Below are positions 29,618 to 39,058 of a stretch of 64,000 bases of DNA, one piece after another. The notes below the pieces were generated by a model. The model saw only the letters and a list, made by a program, of their open reading frames with translations, searched no databases and was not told the DNA's origin. How positions within the stretch are numbered: the first letter of the stretch is position 1; every line of letters begins with the position of its first letter. The DNA lies in the NCBI GenBank assembly GCA_963678065.2, contig CAXXVZ010000005.1, positions 1,200,553 to 1,264,552 of the forward strand, written 5' to 3'. This stretch comes from Treponemataceae bacterium (lineage in GTDB: Bacteria > Spirochaetota > Spirochaetia > Treponematales > Rectinemataceae). The translations under genes were made by a program, and so were the position numbers.

Positions 29618-30196
29618 ATGGATTACACCTATGGAAGGATCGATCGTCTTCATGCCAGCCTCGTAAAAAACGGCATCGATCCTGAAATCATCGCGAAAAT
29701 CATGGAACACGGAGAAACAATAACGCCTGGATCATCAAATGAAGAAAAGGCAGGATGGTTTGTCATGTCCATGAAAAAGATGGATGCGATGATCGATGAG
29801 GGAAGACGGCACAGGATTCGAGAAGAATGTGCGTGTTGTCTGGGTGGAGAGCGATTGAAGATAGTAAAAAAGATATTTAAAGAAAATGACAGGTATGAAA
29901 AAAGAATACTGGCCGCCAATGCGGCAAAAAAGGTATTCGGGAATGGAGTAGCAGAAAAAGACGATAAAAGTATAGAAGTGACATTCTTCGATGAGCATGA
30001 TCCGAAAAGACGGTGTCCCTGTTTGCCTGGGGCGCGGGAGGCAATGCCGATAACGTACTGCTACTGTTGCGGAGGGCATGTCAGGCATCATGCACAGATA
30101 GCATTGGGGAAAAAGTTTACTGTCGAGGTAGTGACATCGGTATTATCGAGTCAGGGGGAAAACATTTGTAGGTTCCGGCTGAGGGAAATACCGTAA
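29618..30196 (+). CDS. Cys-rich hypothetical protein (DUF6144/V4R-like), low GC
   Basis: ECACC, RCPC, TYCYCCGGH, S.LS..G...CRF; visibly AT-richer than its flanks; alternative start 29597. Confidence 0.75.
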   Translation: MDYTYGRIDRLHASLVKNGIDPEIIAKIMEHGETITPGSSNEEKAGWFVMSMKKMDAMIDEGRRHRIREECACCLGGERLKIVKKIFKENDRYEKRILAANAAKKVFGNGVAEKDDKSIEVTFFDEHDPKRRCPCLPGAREAMPITYCYCCGGHVRHHAQIALGKKFTVEVVTSVLSSQGENICRFRLREIP

Positions 30197-30314
30197 ATTG
30201 TACTGTGGCTTCGTGCCCCGGCCCGGGGATAAGGAAGCTCTCGCCATCGCGGGACCGCCGGGAAGGAGCGTTTTGCCATTGAAGCGAGTCGACAAATAGC
30301 TGATACTCCTCCGC

Positions 30315-31430
30315 ATGGAAGAGAGGAAGCCCCGCGCCCCCGCAACGAACGATGCCAGGATACCGAGATTCTCCGGAGCCGCGTCGACATCCATTTCTGA
30401 ATCCGCGCCCGCGGCGGGCGGCAGTTTCCGGCCCGGACCCGAGGCGCTTCTCGGCCGTCTCGCGAGCGCCTTCGCGCTGAGCCTCTTTCTGGTTCTCGGC
30501 CTCGACCTTGCCTGGGACGCCGCCTTCGCAGGCCGCACGGAATCCCTTTCTGCGGCGCTCATTTTCGACCTTTTCGTCGACTCGCTCGCCCTTCTCGTCG
30601 GCCTCCTGGCTGGAATTTCCGGCTGGATCGACTGGAAGACGGAGGAGAGCATCGTCTCCGATGCGGGGCTTCTCAGACGGCGGCGCGGCAGGGAATCCTC
30701 CGTGGCCTGGAGCGATGTCGCCCTCGTCCCCGACTCCGGAAGCGTCTTCGGCTCAGCCGTCGGGATGCGGCGGCTCACGATCGTCGCCGGAGGCCGCGCC
30801 TATGTGTTCAGAGGCTACCCCGCCTCCTTTGCCGCGACGGTCACGGCCATGTCGCGCGCCGCCGCGCCCGATGATCCGGCCGACTTTCCCGACCCGGCGA
30901 ACCTCGCCGCGCTTCGGGAGGACGAGAAGCTCGAGTTCAAGTCCACACTGCGCTGGAGCCTGCGGGAAGAGAAGGTCGACAAGTCGATGGAGCTCGCCGT
31001 TCTCAAGACGATAGCCGGGTTCATGAATGCCTCGGGAGGCTTGCTCGTCATCGGTGTCGACGATGCGGGCCTTCCTCTCGGGCTCGCCCGCGATTTCGCC
31101 ACCCTGCCGAAGAAGAGCGCCGACGGATTGGAAAACCATGTGAAGCAGCTCGTCGCCCAAGCCCTTGGGCAGCGTTTCCTGGTTTTCCTGTCCATCCGCT
31201 TCGCTCCTGTGTCCGCGCCTGCCGCCGCTCCTGCCGGCGAGGCGGCGGGGGCGTCGGGCGATCCGGGCCCGGGGGAGATATGCTATGTGCGGGTGAGGCC
31301 GGCTCCTCAGCCGGCCGTTCTGCGCTCGACAGAGGGAGAGACCTTCTATCTCCGGACCGGCAACTCGACGACGGCGCTCGCCCTGTCCGAAGCCTTCGGC
31401 TACCTCACCTCGGGGCGGTTCGCGCTGTAG
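30315..31430 (+). CDS. Membrane-anchored Schlafen/AlbA_2 domain protein
   Basis: Two TMs, then REDEKLEFKSTLRW, VLKTIAGFMNASGG.L.IGVDD.G, FYLRTGNST. Confidence 0.85.
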   Translation: MEERKPRAPATNDARIPRFSGAASTSISESAPAAGGSFRPGPEALLGRLASAFALSLFLVLGLDLAWDAAFAGRTESLSAALIFDLFVDSLALLVGLLAGISGWIDWKTEESIVSDAGLLRRRRGRESSVAWSDVALVPDSGSVFGSAVGMRRLTIVAGGRAYVFRGYPASFAATVTAMSRAAAPDDPADFPDPANLAALREDEKLEFKSTLRWSLREEKVDKSMELAVLKTIAGFMNASGGLLVIGVDDAGLPLGLARDFATLPKKSADGLENHVKQLVAQALGQRFLVFLSIRFAPVSAPAAAPAGEAAGASGDPGPGEICYVRVRPAPQPAVLRSTEGETFYLRTGNSTTALALSEAFGYLTSGRFAL

Positions 31431-31524
31431 GCGACCTTCCCGGCGATTTCGGCTTGGGGATTGAGGCTTGTAGAAGAGGTTAGTCGCGGCCTCGCGAATC
31501 CGGACTGGCCCCGCTGTTTTTCTC

Positions 31525-31552
31525 TTGACAAATATGAAATCGGTACCATACT
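31525..31552 (+). promoter_or_regulatory. lacI-family gene promoter with overlapping operator O1
   Basis: TTGACA-N16-CATACT; operator ATATGAAATCGGTACCATA lies in the spacer and recurs at 32612. Confidence 0.7.
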
Positions 31553-31559
31553 TGTCGAT

Positions 31560-32582
31560 ATGGCGGGTAAAAACAGACCGAACCCCAAGATCAAGGACGT
31601 AGCAGCCCTGGCGGAGGTTTCGGTGACCACGGTCTCGCGGGTGCTCAACGGGCATCCCTATGTGCGGCTGGAGCTGCGGGACAAAGTGGATGCGGCGATC
31701 AAGAGGCTGGGGTACTCGCCGAGCGCCATCGCAAGAAGTCTTGTCACGAAGAAGACGAACCTCATCGGGGTGATCGTGTCCGACATAAGCGCGAGCTTCT
31801 TTGCCACCATTCTGGGTTCCATAGAGGAGACCGCGAGCCGGATGGGCTATTCGATTCTGGTGTGCAATATCATGGAGGACCTGAAGAAGGAACTGCGCTA
31901 TCTCGAAATTTTCAAGAGCCTGCGCGTCGACGGTATCATCCTCATGCACGAGGCTACGACGCAGGCGATAGCGCGTTTCATCACATCGATCGGCATCCCG
32001 GTGGTGCTCTCGAGCATAAAACCCGAAGGACTGCACTTCCCCCTGGTGAACATCGACGAGGAAGCGGCCGCCCGCGAGGCGACGGCCTACCTCGCGGATT
32101 GCGGGCACAGGCGGATCGGGCTCATCGGCGGAGAGTTGAACGATTCGAGTTCGAGCCTGCTGCGCTACCGGGGCTACTCGAAAGCTCTCGCGGAGAAGGG
32201 CCTTCCCTTCGACGAGTCGATCGTGCGCTTCGGGAACTACAAGATGCCCGACGGCTATCGCCTCATGGGAGAGCTCCTTGCTGCCGTGGAAAGGCCCACC
32301 GCGGTGTTCTGCCTGAGCGATGACATGGCTGCGGGCGCCATGAACCGCCTCGCCGACGAGGGACTCCATGTCCCCGGCGACATTTCGGTGATGGGCTTCG
32401 ACGACAGCGCAATCGCATCCATGGTGAGGCCGGCTCTGACCACGATCCATCAGCCCATCGCCGACATAGGCAGCGCCTCGGTGGAGATGCTGGTCAAGCG
32501 GATCATGGGCTCGGCCGATTCCATCAGCGAAATAATTCTCTCGCACTCCATCGTGGAGCGGGCGAGCTGCGGAAGGATATGA
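31560..32582 (+). CDS. LacI family transcriptional regulator
   Basis: IKDVAALAEVSVTTVSRVLN, GYSPS.IARSL, SDDMA.GA, VPGDISVMGFDD, PALTTI.QP. Confidence 0.95.
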   Translation: MAGKNRPNPKIKDVAALAEVSVTTVSRVLNGHPYVRLELRDKVDAAIKRLGYSPSAIARSLVTKKTNLIGVIVSDISASFFATILGSIEETASRMGYSILVCNIMEDLKKELRYLEIFKSLRVDGIILMHEATTQAIARFITSIGIPVVLSSIKPEGLHFPLVNIDEEAAAREATAYLADCGHRRIGLIGGELNDSSSSLLRYRGYSKALAEKGLPFDESIVRFGNYKMPDGYRLMGELLAAVERPTAVFCLSDDMAAGAMNRLADEGLHVPGDISVMGFDDSAIASMVRPALTTIHQPIADIGSASVEMLVKRIMGSADSISEIILSHSIVERASCGRI

Positions 32583-32611
32583 GGATCATGAAGAATCTTG
32601 AGGGCGATTCG

Positions 32612-32631
32612 ATATGGTATCGGTACCATAT
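32612..32631. promoter_or_regulatory. LacI-type operator O2 upstream of the kinase-GH4-ABC operon
   Basis: Near-perfect palindrome ATATGGTATCGGTACCATAT with central CG. Confidence 0.75.
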
Positions 32632-32649
32632 ATGAACCATGAAGGTGCG

Positions 32650-33741
32650 ATGACTCGGGAGTTCGACCTGCTTTTCCCGAGCGGGGCCAACATCGATATC
32701 ATCGTGAACGGATTCTCCGCCATCCCTCCTCCGGGAAGCGAGGAGCGGGTGTCGTCCATCAGCATGCACACGGGCGGTGGCGGGGCTCTCTGCGCCCTCG
32801 GAGTGGCGAAGCTCGGGCTCAGGCCCGCTCTGTGGGGCATCATCGGCGACGACCCGCTGGGCAAGTTCCTCGAAGACGAGCTCGCGGGCGCGGGGGTCAC
32901 GACTTTCCTTTCGCATGATCCTGAGGCCAGGACGGGTGTATCCATCGCCTTCAACCCCGAAACTGATCGGTCTTTCCTCACCTACGACGGCTCCTGCACC
33001 GATTTCAGCATAGGAAAACTCGATTCTTCACTCTTAGAGAGGACGAAGCATGTCCATCTCACGGGATACAGGGGACAGGTCAACCACGACGATGTCCTCG
33101 GCATCGTGGAGAAGGCGAGAGCTGCGGGCTGTACGGTTTCCCTCGACATCGGATGGGACGACACGGGCGAGTGGCACGATAGGATATTCGAGGTGATCGA
33201 CAGGGTCGACCTGTTCTTCTGCAACAGGATCGAGGCGCTCAACTACACGCGGAAGGCCGATACCGGGGAGGCGCTGAAGGTCCTCGCCTCCCTCGGGGCG
33301 ATGAGCGTGATCAAGCTCGCCTCGGAGGGCGCGATAGCCCTGGAGCGTGGGCGCGTCGTGAGTTCGCCCGCCTTTCCCGTGAAGGTCGTGGACACGACGG
33401 GCGCGGGCGACTCTTTCAACGCGGGCTTCCTCTTCGGCTGGCTTTCGCGGCTTTCCACCGCCGACTGCCTCTGTCTCGGCAATGCCTGCGGAGGGCTCTC
33501 CGTGACGAAGGCGGGAGGGAATTCCGCTTTCCCGCGCGCTTCGGAGCTGAGTGGATTCCTCGAAAGCTCGGGCCGGGTCGCGCCGGGCGGCGCTCTCTTG
33601 CGGCGGCTTTCGCGCGGCCTCGCAGACGGCCTCGCGGGCGGAATTGCGTCTGGTCGCGAGGAGGGCGGTCCGGACAGCCGCGCGGACGACGATTCGGGCG
33701 CCGCGGTCGCGGGCTTCCGAGAGGAAAGGAGCGAGGGATGA
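32650..33741 (+). CDS. PfkB family carbohydrate kinase
   Basis: GGG...A.GVAKLG, IGDD.LG, N..EA, VVDTTGAGDSFNAGF. Confidence 0.93.
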   Translation: MTREFDLLFPSGANIDIIVNGFSAIPPPGSEERVSSISMHTGGGGALCALGVAKLGLRPALWGIIGDDPLGKFLEDELAGAGVTTFLSHDPEARTGVSIAFNPETDRSFLTYDGSCTDFSIGKLDSSLLERTKHVHLTGYRGQVNHDDVLGIVEKARAAGCTVSLDIGWDDTGEWHDRIFEVIDRVDLFFCNRIEALNYTRKADTGEALKVLASLGAMSVIKLASEGAIALERGRVVSSPAFPVKVVDTTGAGDSFNAGFLFGWLSRLSTADCLCLGNACGGLSVTKAGGNSAFPRASELSGFLESSGRVAPGGALLRRLSRGLADGLAGGIASGREEGGPDSRADDDSGAAVAGFREERSEG

Positions 33742-35168
33742 AACTTGCGGTCATAGGCGGTGCGGGCGTGCGGATGGTCTTCCTCGCGCGGGGCGTCGCG
33801 GCGCGGGCGCGGGAAACGGGCATCGATACGCTCGTCCTCTTCGACATCGACGTGCAAAGGCTTTCGCTCATGGCGCCCCTGTGCAGAAGGGCGGCCGAAC
33901 TCGAGGACCCAACGCTCGCCGTGCTCGCCGAGCCCGATCTCGACAAGGCGCTCTCGGGCGCGGGTGCGGTGATCACCACCTTCCGCGTGGGCGGCGACCA
34001 CTCCCGCGTGCTGGACGAAGAACTGGCCGCGAAATTCGGCCTCCTGCCGCAGGAGACGACCGGCGTCGGCGGATTCTTCATGGCCTGCCGCACCATCCCC
34101 GTTCTGGCGAAATACTGCGCGCGCATCCAAGAAGTCGCGCCCACGGCCATGGTGTTCAATTTCGCGAACCCTTCGGGCCTCGTCACCCAGGCGATGAACC
34201 TCGCGGGCTTCGGAAACCTGATCGGCATCTGCGACACGCCCTCGTCGACGAACCTTCGAATCGCGGCAGAATTGGGCATGGATGTCGGGGATCTCGATTT
34301 CCGCTGGGCGGGTCTCAACCACCTCTCCTGGATTTTCAGCATTTTCCGCAATGGCGAAGATATCCTGCCCGAACTCATCGTGCGCGACGAGTTCCTGAAG
34401 GGAGTGCCTGAGCTCTCCATGTTCGAACCTGAGCTCATACGGAGTCTGGGCTGCCTGCCCAACGAGTATCTCTACTACTACTATTACCGGGAAAAGGCGG
34501 TTGCCAACATCCGCAAGGGCGCCGCGACCCGGGGGGCTTTCATAGAGGCGAATAACCTCGCGCTCTTCGAAGCCCTCGCCGCGGTCGACCCGGAACGGAA
34601 TCCGGACAGGGGCCTCGCGCTCCACGCGCGGTTCATGAGGAAGCGCGAATCGAGCTACATGTCCCTGGAGACGGGCTCGCAGAAGGCCGCGACCAACCAG
34701 ACGGCCCCGATCCTGGAGGGACGCGATGCCGGAACGGGCGAGGTGCAGGGCTTCACGCACGATGCCGCGCAGGATGCTGCCCGGGACGGGGCCCAGGATG
34801 CGGCCCAGGATGGGGTGGGCTACGCCAAAGTCGTGCTCGATTACCTTTCTGCGAGGGCCACGGGCGCGGAGTCGAAGATGGTCCTGTCTGTTCCATCGCG
34901 CGGGGTCCTGCCCTTCCTCAGGAGCGAGGATGTCGCGGAAATAAGCTGTACGACCGCGGGCCCGGCTCTCCGGCCCCTGGATCCGGGCAGGGTTCCCGAG
35001 CATGCGGCTCTGCTCTGCGCCCAGGTGAAGCTTTTCGAGCGCCATGCGGCAAAGGCCGCCCTCGAAGGCTCGCGATCGAGCGCGATCGAGGCGCTCATGG
35101 CGCACCCGCTCATTGGTTCCTATTCCCTGGCGACTGCCCTCGTGGATGAGGGCTTTGTCGGGGATTGA
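33738..35168 (+). CDS. Glycoside hydrolase family 4 (NAD+/Mn-dependent, 6-phospho-glucosidase-like)
   Basis: VIGGAG, FRVGG...R..DE, QETTGVGG, NFANP, IGICD, AGLNH, PNEYLYYYY. Confidence 0.92.
   Translation: MKLAVIGGAGVRMVFLARGVAARARETGIDTLVLFDIDVQRLSLMAPLCRRAAELEDPTLAVLAEPDLDKALSGAGAVITTFRVGGDHSRVLDEELAAKFGLLPQETTGVGGFFMACRTIPVLAKYCARIQEVAPTAMVFNFANPSGLVTQAMNLAGFGNLIGICDTPSSTNLRIAAELGMDVGDLDFRWAGLNHLSWIFSIFRNGEDILPELIVRDEFLKGVPELSMFEPELIRSLGCLPNEYLYYYYYREKAVANIRKGAATRGAFIEANNLALFEALAAVDPERNPDRGLALHARFMRKRESSYMSLETGSQKAATNQTAPILEGRDAGTGEVQGFTHDAAQDAARDGAQDAAQDGVGYAKVVLDYLSARATGAESKMVLSVPSRGVLPFLRSEDVAEISCTTAGPALRPLDPGRVPEHAALLCAQVKLFERHAAKAALEGSRSSAIEALMAHPLIGSYSLATALVDEGFVGD
34761..34811 (+). 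repeat. In-frame 12-bp degenerate tandem repeat (DAAQ-DAAR-DGAQ-DAAQ)
   Basis: gatgccgcgcag gatgctgcccgg gacggggcccag gatgcggcccag. Confidence 0.7.
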
Positions 35169-35217
35169 TCTCGTTGGCGTTCGCCTTCGCAGAGTCGGGG
35201 GCGAAAAGGAGGATTGA

Positions 35218-36210
35218 ATGAAACGTATTCATGTGACGGCGCTTGTCGTCTGCCTCGCTCTGGCGGTGATTGTTCCCTTCGCCGCGGCGCAGACAGGCAA
35301 AGCGGTCTCCGGGAGAGTGGTGCTCTATACCGGCAACGGTACGGAGATCACCGATCCCCTCCTCGCGGGATTCAAGAAAGCCTATCCGAACATCCAGGTC
35401 GAAATCGTCAAGGCCGGGTCGGGCGAGCTTCTGGCCCGCATCAAAGCCGAGAAAGGAAACCCGGGCGGCGACATCCTGTGGGGAGGCGAGCCCCTGCTCT
35501 TCGAGTCCAACGCCGAATATTTCGAGGCCTACGATTCGCCCGCCGACAAAGCCATGATCAGGCAGGATTCCAAAAAGATATGGCATCTCTGGTCCTTCAT
35601 GCCCCAGGCCATCATGGTCAACACTAACCTCATCAAGAACCAGGCGGACTGGCCCAAGACGATCAAGGAACTGGCCGATCCCAAGTGGAAGAAGGTCGGA
35701 AAGATCGCCCTGGCCGACCCCAACAAGTCGGGCACCGGCGCGACCCTCGTCAATGGCTTCGCCTCGATCTACGACTGGGATTTCGTCGAGCAGCTCCTCA
35801 AGAACTGCGAGATATCCCCCGGATCCGACGCGATGTTCGCGGCGGTCAAGGACGGCGCGGTGCCGCTCGGCTTCATCAATGAAGATCTTGGCGCCAAGTG
35901 GGAGCAGCTTAATCTGCCCATCAAGATGATTTTCCCCGCCGACGGCATCACCAACACCCTCGACGCTCTCGCGATCATCGCGGGAGCCAAGAACAAGGAC
36001 GCCGCCCACGCCTTCGTCGACTGGGTCGGCTCCAAGGATGCCCACGAGATTCTGCGCAACCCGATTCTGCGCCGCTCGTGTCGCACCGATGTGGCTCCCC
36101 CTCTCGGTCTCATCGACTTGAGCAAGTACAAGATCGCCGTCATGCAGAGCAGGACCCGCGACGAGATTTCGAAGAACTTCAACCTCAGGCTCGAAGCGGC
36201 CCGCAAGTAA
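35218..36210 (+). CDS. ABC substrate-binding protein, AfuA/FbpA-like
   Basis: Signal peptide; GSGELLARIKAEK.NP.GDILWGG, ADPNKSGT, IFPADG. Confidence 0.9.
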   Translation: MKRIHVTALVVCLALAVIVPFAAAQTGKAVSGRVVLYTGNGTEITDPLLAGFKKAYPNIQVEIVKAGSGELLARIKAEKGNPGGDILWGGEPLLFESNAEYFEAYDSPADKAMIRQDSKKIWHLWSFMPQAIMVNTNLIKNQADWPKTIKELADPKWKKVGKIALADPNKSGTGATLVNGFASIYDWDFVEQLLKNCEISPGSDAMFAAVKDGAVPLGFINEDLGAKWEQLNLPIKMIFPADGITNTLDALAIIAGAKNKDAAHAFVDWVGSKDAHEILRNPILRRSCRTDVAPPLGLIDLSKYKIAVMQSRTRDEISKNFNLRLEAARK

Positions 36211-36234
36211 TTTTCCGGATAAGGGGAGACGAGT

Positions 36235-37920
36235 ATGGCGTTTGCCGGAAGAGGCATCCGAAAGGCTTTGCGCGATCCGTGGTTTTTCTTCAGCATTCTC
36301 TGCATCTTCGCCGCGGCGCTCTTGATCGTCCTCCCCCTGTTCAGGGTTGTCGCCGAGTCGCTCGTCAGGGCGGCCGGCGGCTCCCGGCTTTCGAACTATG
36401 TCACCTTTTTCACCAAGAAGAAGTACCTGACGGCCCTCTTCAACTCCATGAAGGTGGTCGTCCTGTCCTCCGGTTTCGCGGCGCTGATCGCCGTGCCCTT
36501 CGCTTATTTCCTCTCGCGCCACGAGATGAAGTCCAAGAACACCATCCTTACCCTCATCACCATGGCGACGGCATCGCCTCCCTTTCTGGGCGCCTATGCC
36601 TGGGTCATCCTCATGGGACGCTACGGCGCCCTCAACAGGCTCGTCATGTTTCTTATCCACAAGGATGTCGCGTTCAAGCTGCGGGGCGAGTCGGGAGTGG
36701 TGTGGGTCATCATGTGGCTCGTCTTCCCGATCATTTTCCTTCTGACCTTCGATTCCTTCTCCGGCGAGGATCTCTCCCACCGGGAAGCCTCGATGAGCCT
36801 GGGCGCCAACCGTTTTAAGACATTCTGGAGAATCGAGCTTCCGCTCGCGGCGCCGGGCCTTCTCACGGGACTCCTCATGGCCGCTCTCGCCGCATTCTCG
36901 GACTTCGGCACTCCCTCGATCATCGGAGGCGAGTACCCGGTCCTTCCCACCCTCATCTACGGAGAGTTCGTGAGCGAGATGGGCGGAAACCTGTCGATGG
37001 CGTCCACAGCGGGCATGATCATGGTCTTCATCTCCACGCTGGCCCTGGTGGGCCAGAGGATCAGCCTCGCGAGCAAATCATTCGCCTCGGTGTCGTCGAG
37101 GTCGCAGAGACTTCCTGCGCCCAAAGGCGGCGCGAGATTCGGAATTCCGCTTTTTGCCGCAGTCATTCTCGTGTTTTCCTTCCTGCCTCACGTGACCTTG
37201 CTCGTCATCTCATTCATGCAGTGGAAATGGGGCATTCTCATGCCTGCCTTCACCTTCGAAAACTACGGAAAGCTGTTCGCGAACAACCTCTCGCCGGTTG
37301 GCATGAGCTTTTTTCTCGGGGGGCTAGCCACCCTCCTCGATGTCGTCTTCGGCATAGGCATAGCCTATCTCATCGTCAAGAAGCGGTACCGCTTCTCAGC
37401 AGCCTTCCTCAATTTCGTCATCATGGTGCCCTATGTGATTCCGGGCATCGTGCTCGCGGTCGGCTTCATCATCCAGTTCAACAGGCCGCCCATCCTGATC
37501 ACAGGAACCTGGCTCATTCTCGTCCTCGCCTACTTCATCCGCAAGCTTCCGTACTCCGTGAAGAGCGCCGAATCCTCGCTCTACCAGGTCCACCCCGCGC
37601 TCGAGGAGGCGGCGCTGATGTGCGGGGCCAGGCCCTTCACCGCCTTCAAGGATATCACCTTCAAGCTGATACTGGGCGGCGTGATCTCGGGCGCGACGCT
37701 CTCCTTTCTCCAGATAATGACCGAGCTCAGCACGACGGTGATTCTCTACAGGGCGCCGTGGATCACGATGCCTATCGTCATATTCCAGAACGCCATGACG
37801 GCGGGGGCCGATTTCGGGATTTCGGCATCCATGGGCGTGTTGCTCATGGTCTGCATCTACGTGCCACTCGCCTTCGTGAACAGAAAGTCCCGGGGCATTT
37901 CCTACAGTGGAGGCTACTGA
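36235..37920 (+). CDS. ABC permease, FbpB/AfuB-like with two permease domains
   Basis: SPPFLGAYAW, EAS.SLGA, DFGTP, LEEAA..CGA. Confidence 0.92.
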   Translation: MAFAGRGIRKALRDPWFFFSILCIFAAALLIVLPLFRVVAESLVRAAGGSRLSNYVTFFTKKKYLTALFNSMKVVVLSSGFAALIAVPFAYFLSRHEMKSKNTILTLITMATASPPFLGAYAWVILMGRYGALNRLVMFLIHKDVAFKLRGESGVVWVIMWLVFPIIFLLTFDSFSGEDLSHREASMSLGANRFKTFWRIELPLAAPGLLTGLLMAALAAFSDFGTPSIIGGEYPVLPTLIYGEFVSEMGGNLSMASTAGMIMVFISTLALVGQRISLASKSFASVSSRSQRLPAPKGGARFGIPLFAAVILVFSFLPHVTLLVISFMQWKWGILMPAFTFENYGKLFANNLSPVGMSFFLGGLATLLDVVFGIGIAYLIVKKRYRFSAAFLNFVIMVPYVIPGIVLAVGFIIQFNRPPILITGTWLILVLAYFIRKLPYSVKSAESSLYQVHPALEEAALMCGARPFTAFKDITFKLILGGVISGATLSFLQIMTELSTTVILYRAPWITMPIVIFQNAMTAGADFGISASMGVLLMVCIYVPLAFVNRKSRGISYSGGY

Positions 37921-37921
37921 A

Positions 37922-39058
37922 ATGAACAGCAGCGACGGAAAGGCTGAGAGCGCGGCGCGCGGCCCGGCCTCCGGCACAAACCCCGGCAGGGCGGAATCGA
38001 CGACGATACGGATAGAGCGCCTCCACAAGGATTTCGGCCAGGGCGATGTGCTCAAAGGCGTCGACATCGAGATCAGGCCGGGAGAATTTTTCACCCTTCT
38101 CGGCTCTTCCGGCTGCGGCAAGACGACTCTCCTGCGCTGTATCTCCGGATTCGAAAAACCCAGCTCTGGCAGAATACTCTTCAGCGGGAAGGACATCACG
38201 GCCCTGAACCCCTGGGAGCGCGATGTGGGCTTCGTGTTCCAGAACTACGCTCTCTGGCCCCACCTCACCGTCTTCGAAAACATCGCCTACGGACTCAGGA
38301 TGCGAAAACGCAGCAAAAACGAAATCGGCGCGAAGGTCCGGGAGTCGCTCGAGATGATAGGTCTGCCCGGCCTCGAGGCCCGCTATCCGGGCCAGCTTTC
38401 GGGCGGCCAGCAGCAGCGCGTCGCGATCGCGCGCGCCCTGGTTTTCAATCCCCGGGTCCTTCTGCTCGACGAACCCCTTTCCAACCTCGATGCCAAGCTC
38501 CGCGTGAAGATGCGGGCGGATATCCACGACCTCCAGAAGCATCTGGGCATCACGAGCGTCTACGTGACCCACGACCAGGAGGAGGCTCTCGAGATTTCCG
38601 ACAGGATCGCCGTCATCGAGAGCGGCGTGGTCAGGCAGGTAGGCAGCCCCTCCGAAGTCTACGAGCGGCCCGCGGATCGCTTCACGGCGGGCTTCGTGGG
38701 CAAGACCAATTTCATCGAAGGCGCCCGCGGCCGGGCCTCCTTCGTCGCCGCTTCGGGCATGGTGCTTCCTCTGCCGGATGAGACGCGGCAGCCGGAAGGC
38801 GCGGACGGGACTCCGGAGGCGGGGGGCGCCGTGACGCTCTGTTTCAGGCCCGAAAATATCGTAGCCGCCGGGTTGGACGAGGCTGGTTTCGTGGCAGAGG
38901 TGCGGGAAACCGTCTATCTGGGCAATTCCTTCCAGCACATCCTCGGGCTGGAGGACGGCAATCTCGTCACCATGGAGTGCAAGACGAAGCTCGATCCGGG
39001 CAAAAAAATGAAGTTCCGCATCGAAAAGTGCATTTTCCTCCCCAAGGAGCGGCCATGA
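37922..39058 (+). CDS. ABC ATP-binding protein, FbpC/PotA-like
   Basis: GSSGCGKT, FQNYALWPH, LSGGQQQR, LLLDEP, YVTHDQ. Confidence 0.93.
   Translation: MNSSDGKAESAARGPASGTNPGRAESTTIRIERLHKDFGQGDVLKGVDIEIRPGEFFTLLGSSGCGKTTLLRCISGFEKPSSGRILFSGKDITALNPWERDVGFVFQNYALWPHLTVFENIAYGLRMRKRSKNEIGAKVRESLEMIGLPGLEARYPGQLSGGQQQRVAIARALVFNPRVLLLDEPLSNLDAKLRVKMRADIHDLQKHLGITSVYVTHDQEEALEISDRIAVIESGVVRQVGSPSEVYERPADRFTAGFVGKTNFIEGARGRASFVAASGMVLPLPDETRQPEGADGTPEAGGAVTLCFRPENIVAAGLDEAGFVAEVRETVYLGNSFQHILGLEDGNLVTMECKTKLDPGKKMKFRIEKCIFLPKERP

Noticed and set aside
27485..34811. Short tandem repeats at ~27490 and 34761 as CRISPR or VNTR arrays
   Set aside because: They are 9-12-bp degenerate in-frame coding repeats with no spacers and no cas genes.
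35218..39058. Ferric iron ABC transporter call
   Set aside because: The binding protein lacks the Tyr-Tyr iron ligands and the genes sit inside a LacI-controlled sugar operon.
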